In this document: positions 26,105-29,695 of the stretch, in pieces
Layout: each line of letters begins with the position of its first letter
Numbering within the stretch: the first letter of the stretch is position 1
NCBI GenBank assembly: GCA_049972095.1
Contig: JBMFKQ010000020.1
Location: 1 to 29,695, forward strand
Direction of reading: 5' to 3'
Length of the DNA: 29,695 bases
DNA from: Elusimicrobiales bacterium
Lineage (GTDB): Bacteria > Elusimicrobiota > Elusimicrobia > Elusimicrobiales > UBA9959
Translations under genes and position numbers: made by a program
Notes under the pieces: model-generated
What the model saw: the letters and a program-made list of their open reading frames with translations, nothing else
The model's database searches: none
What the model was told of the DNA's origin: nothing

Positions 26105-26645
26105 CATCCTTTTTTTTCTTGTGTTTTCTGTCAGCTGCAAAGAAAACAACATTTCCCATAGCTCTATCCTTTTAAGAACAGGATATTCTCTGCCAGTTTT
26201 TGGTCATTTTGGAGATAGTAAAAGTGGTTTTGAACCAAATTTTTCCTACGGCATTGGTTACCTTAAAGATTATGATGAGTTTTTTTCCTTTGGTTTTATA
26301 TCGGATGAGAATCTGTATTTTAAAAATAGAGCTACAGATATAAAACTTAAATTCTTTTCATTTACCCCAGCTCTTTTTATAAAGCCTGATCTAAAATCAC
26401 TTGGATATCTTTATATAGCTAGTGGTATATATCACTGGACATCACCATCCTCAAACATCTTTTCATCAACCTCTGATGATGAGTTTGGTATGAGAGTTGG
26501 ATATGCAAGGTTTTTTTGTCTCAAGAAAATTAGAATTGGTGGGGGGTTTGAGTGGAACTATATAATAGGTGTTAAGGGGAAAAATTTTGATCTTGGAAAT
26601 ATAAATACTTTTGTTGTGTATTTATCTTTTAAATATGATTTCTGA
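26097..26645 (+). CDS. Putative small outer-membrane beta-barrel protein
   Basis: Hydrophobic N-terminus, alternating aromatic/Gly beta strands, C-terminal YLSFKYDF ending in Phe. Confidence 0.55.
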   Translation: MFNILFFLVFSVSCKENNISHSSILLRTGYSLPVFGHFGDSKSGFEPNFSYGIGYLKDYDEFFSFGFISDENLYFKNRATDIKLKFFSFTPALFIKPDLKSLGYLYIASGIYHWTSPSSNIFSSTSDDEFGMRVGYARFFCLKKIRIGGGFEWNYIIGVKGKNFDLGNINTFVVYLSFKYDF

Positions 26646-27399
26646 GTTAAAGAACCTTGCTGAAAAAATTATTCATTTCAAAAAAATACTTTTTTTCACA
26701 GGCGCTGGTATATCAACATCTGCAGGAATACCTGATTTTAGGGGAGCTGATGGGGTATGGAAAAAGAGAGAGCCTGTGTTTTTTGATGAATTTGTTAGCT
26801 CGGAACAAAAAAGAATTGATTACTGGAATTATAAATCTGAGATGTGGCACTACCTTTCAAATGCAAAGCCAACATTCTCACATCTTTTCATTAAAAAGCT
26901 TTTTGATGCAGGTAAGGTTATTGCAGTTGTAACTCAAAACATAGATGGTCTTCATCAGAAAAGTGGTATTCCCTCTGATAGTATCATAGAGCTTCATGGC
27001 AATAACTCAAGAGCAGTGTGTATGAGGTGTGGAAAAAAGATTTTATTTGAGGATGCTTTAATGGAGTTTAGGAGAAATAAAATTCCGCCCACCTGTGAGT
27101 GTGGTGGAATACTTAAACCTGATGTTGTTATGTTTGGAGAGTTGCTTGACAGCAATGTGTTGTCTTGTGCTTTTAACTTTGCACGCAGATGTGATTTAAT
27201 CATCTGTGTTGGTTCAACCCTTTCAGTCCAGCCAGCTTCATTTGTTGCTTATGAGGCAAAAAAATCAGGTGCTTTCTATGCCCTGGTTAATAGAGGAGCG
27301 ACTGAGCATGATATGATATGTGATCTAAAAATAGACATGCCTTGCGATGATGCTTTTAGAGAGATTGAGATAGAAATCTCAAAAAATTTTTCTCGATGA
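26635..27399 (+). CDS. cobB: Sir2-family NAD-dependent protein deacylase
   Basis: TGAGISTSAGIPDFRG, TQNIDGLH, ELHG, CxxC..CxC zinc site, KPDVVMFGE, GSTL.VQPA; ATG 26635 preferred. Confidence 0.93.
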   Translation: MISELKNLAEKIIHFKKILFFTGAGISTSAGIPDFRGADGVWKKREPVFFDEFVSSEQKRIDYWNYKSEMWHYLSNAKPTFSHLFIKKLFDAGKVIAVVTQNIDGLHQKSGIPSDSIIELHGNNSRAVCMRCGKKILFEDALMEFRRNKIPPTCECGGILKPDVVMFGELLDSNVLSCAFNFARRCDLIICVGSTLSVQPASFVAYEAKKSGAFYALVNRGATEHDMICDLKIDMPCDDAFREIEIEISKNFSR

Positions 27400-28141
27400 T
27401 TTCAGATACCTTTTCAGATTGAACTGCTTTTATATCTGATATGGCAGCAATCACATCCTCTACTGATGACGGTTCGTTTCTCTTACCTCTTATTCTTTGT
27501 GGTGGGAGATAAGGAGAGTCTGTCTCTGTTAATATTGTTTCTAATGGAATTTTTTTGACGACTTTTCTGAGTTTTTCGTTTCTTGGATATGTTATGGTTG
27601 CATTTACACCAATGTAAAAACCGAGATCAATAAGGCTTTTTGCCTCTTCTACTTCACCTGAGAAGGAGTGTATTATTCCTTGTTTGTTTATCATATTCCT
27701 TCTCTGCTTTAAGAATTCAAGAACTATTTTATAGGCAGAGTTATTTGTTTTTGAGTTTCTTATATGAAATATGCATGGCTTTGAAAATTTTAGTGCTTTG
27801 TCCATCATAATCTCTGTTAGTTTAAGCTGATCTTTGAAACTTTGTGGGTGATACCATAGATCAATTCCTGTCTCTCCAATTGCAACTGTTTTTTTAAGAT
27901 TTAGATATCTGTCAATTTTCTCAATGGTCTTTTGAAAGCATATGGATGTATCATTAGGATGTATGCCAAATGCAAAGTAAAAGTTTTCGTATTTTTCAAA
28001 AATCTTAAATTTTTCCCAATCTTTTGGTGATGTCAAAACTTCAAGAAAGAAATTTACACCGCTTTTAAAACATCTTGCTATTACCTCTTCCCTATCAAAA
28101 GAGAAACTTTCATCAGTTAGGTGGGTATGAGAGTCTATCAT
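27356..28141 (-). CDS. tatD: TatD family deoxyribonuclease
   Basis: [37 protein letters not shown]. Confidence 0.95.
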   Translation of the reverse strand: MIDSHTHLTDESFSFDREEVIARCFKSGVNFFLEVLTSPKDWEKFKIFEKYENFYFAFGIHPNDTSICFQKTIEKIDRYLNLKKTVAIGETGIDLWYHPQSFKDQLKLTEIMMDKALKFSKPCIFHIRNSKTNNSAYKIVLEFLKQRRNMINKQGIIHSFSGEVEEAKSLIDLGFYIGVNATITYPRNEKLRKVVKKIPLETILTETDSPYLPPQRIRGKRNEPSSVEDVIAAISDIKAVQSEKVSEIIEKNFLRFLSQSL

Positions 28142-29268
28142 TTTTGATTACTGCCGCAAGCTTTCCATGTAAGGTAGGACTGCATAAACTCATCCAGCCT
28201 TCCATTTAAGACATCATCAACCTGTGATGTCTCATAGCCTGTCCTTAGATCCTTAACCAATTGATAGGGCATAAAGACATATGATCTTATCTGATAACCC
28301 CAACCTATATCTCCTTTTTCATCATACCTCTTTTCAATCTGACTTCTTTTTTTGTCTATCTCTATCTCATAGAGCTTTGCTTTGAGTATTTTCATTGCAT
28401 TTATTTTGTTCTGATACTGTGATCTTTCTGACTGACATGTCACTATTATACCACTTGGTAGATGCCTTATTCTTACTGCAGTTTCAACCTTGTTCACATT
28501 TTGTCCGCCATGCCCCCCTGCTCTATATGTTTCAATATCTATGTCTTTTTCTTCTATATTTATTTCTATCTCTTCTTCAATATCAGGAAGAACATCAACA
28601 CTTGCAAAAGATGTGTGCCTTCTTTTGTTTGCATCAAAAGGAGATATTCTTACCAGTCTATGTACACCTATTTCACTTTTCAGATATCCATAGGCATATT
28701 TCCCTTTAACAAAGGCGGTGACACTTTTTATCCCTGCCTCATCCCCGCTTATTATATCTGTTATTACAAACTGAAATCTTTTTGACGATGCCCATTTCAT
28801 ATACATTCTCAACAGCATGTTTGCCCAGTCACAGGCTTCCGTTCCACCTGCACCAGCGTGGATTGAGATTATAGCATCATTTTTATCAATGGGATCTGAT
28901 AGTTTTAGTTCAAAATTAAACTCCTTTAATTTCCTTTCAAGACTTTTAAGCTCATTGAAAAGTATCTTTAGTTCATTTATATCATTTGCCTCCTTTATTA
29001 GCTCAAGATGGATTCTGAAATCCTTTATTTCATTTCTTGCTTTTTTTATCTCATCAAGATTATTTCTTATTTCGTTAATCTCTTTTGTTATCTTTTCAGC
29101 CTCTTTAAGGTTTGACCAAAAATTATCTGATTGAGTTAAACTCTCAAGCTCTGATAATCTTTTTGTTTTTTCATCCGGTTTATAAATAAGTTCTATCTCT
29201 GATAGAATATTTTCAAGTTCATCTATTTTGTTCTGGGCATCTTTAAATTCGATGGCTGCTTCTGGCAT
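28138..29268 (-). CDS. prfB: Peptide chain release factor 2
   Basis: [26 protein letters not shown] (SPF), [22 protein letters not shown]. Confidence 0.98.
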   Translation of the reverse strand: MPEAAIEFKDAQNKIDELENILSEIELIYKPDEKTKRLSELESLTQSDNFWSNLKEAEKITKEINEIRNNLDEIKKARNEIKDFRIHLELIKEANDINELKILFNELKSLERKLKEFNFELKLSDPIDKNDAIISIHAGAGGTEACDWANMLLRMYMKWASSKRFQFVITDIISGDEAGIKSVTAFVKGKYAYGYLKSEIGVHRLVRISPFDANKRRHTSFASVDVLPDIEEEIEINIEEKDIDIETYRAGGHGGQNVNKVETAVRIRHLPSGIIVTCQSERSQYQNKINAMKILKAKLYEIEIDKKRSQIEKRYDEKGDIGWGYQIRSYVFMPYQLVKDLRTGYETSQVDDVLNGRLDEFMQSYLTWKACGSNQK

Positions 29269-29592
29269 AAATTTAATTTTATAATTTTTTTATAAACAAG
29301 AGTTTTAAAAAGACCTTTGGGCTCTTGTGAAAGAACACAAAAATATGTATTCATGCCTAGAAAGGTAATTTATTACATTCCTCATTTTATAAACCCAACA
29401 CCATTTTCAAGCTGATTATAATACTTATTATTCTACATCCTGTTTTGTTATGTATAATAATTCTTGCATTGGTTATTCATTATCTTTTATTTTGCTGCCC
29501 AGATGACCTTTTTAGTTTATCAGTTAACATATTCTATTTTACATAAGCGTGGCAACAAAGTACCTGTCAAGTCATAAATAAATGTTACCGAA

Positions 29593-29695
29593 CTAAGGTA
29601 TTGTGCTGTCATAATTAATGTTAGCATAGTTAGCTTTCTTTTTTAGTAATTTTTCCACACTTTGAAGTATTTCTTTTTGCTTTAAATAATTTGTG
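29593..29695 (-). CDS. Possible 3' end of a gene entering from the window edge
   Basis: Minus-strand frame open from the edge for 33 codons (TNYLKQKEILQSVEKLLKKKANYANINYDSTIP*); no recognisable motif. Confidence 0.35.
   Translation of the reverse strand, partial: TNYLKQKEILQSVEKLLKKKANYANINYDSTIP

Noticed and set aside
26635..28141. Sir2 next to TatD as an anti-phage defence pair
   Set aside because: The sirtuin is a classical zinc-binding CobB type, TatD is coupled to prfB, and the two are convergent (44 nt tail overlap); no TIR, HerA, Argonaute or ATPase partners are present
150..29134. Numerous 60-152 aa antisense or out-of-frame ORFs in the track (e.g. 9768-10226 -, 17125-17469 -, 28395-29134 +)
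   Set aside because: They lie within well-supported genes, have no motifs and look like codon-bias shadows
29269..29592. AT-rich intergenic region with tiny minus-strand ORFs and a TTGACA hexamer
   Set aside because: ORFs are under 20 codons without SD; TTGACA has no -10 at the correct spacing; no convincing structure or repeat array was seen
1..29695. CRISPR array, IS element, prophage, rRNA or tRNA
   Set aside because: Coding density leaves no room; no regularly spaced repeats, terminal inverted repeats, or transposase/integrase motifs were found by eye

Overview
AT-rich bacterial chromosomal window, almost entirely housekeeping genes, from a probably diderm organism (lipoprotein and beta-barrel-like genes). 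An Elusimicrobiota-like origin is a tentative impression only. The + strand carries one long run from 1 to 21826: tuf(3' part), rpsJ, class A PBP, infA-rpmJ-rpsM-rpsK-rpsD-rpoA-rplQ, mreBCD-mrdA-rodA, DUF2344-like, RNase G/E, amidase, murI, an exported protein, hicA, a lipoprotein, a membrane protein, two response regulators, a thioredoxin-fold exported protein and a sensor kinase. It is followed by lepB-metF-class II aldolase (-), PIG-L deacetylase-WecA/TagO-OMP-sirtuin (+) and prfB-tatD (-). No rRNA, tRNA, CRISPR array, transposase or integrase was seen. The oddities are: (1) the rplC..secY block is absent between rpsJ and infA, and a PBP1A gene sits there; (2) the alpha operon abuts mreB; (3) an orphan HicA carries Tyr at the catalytic His position; (4) an OmpR-type regulator with a dead, insertion-bearing receiver lies next to a free-standing intact receiver, a repeated-thioredoxin-fold protein and a Cache/HAMP kinase, the best candidate for an undescribed system; (5) a GC-rich, hairpin-forming patch lies inside the 3' end of mreB; (6) prfB has no programmed frameshift. 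All family calls come from motif recognition by eye; no searches were run.
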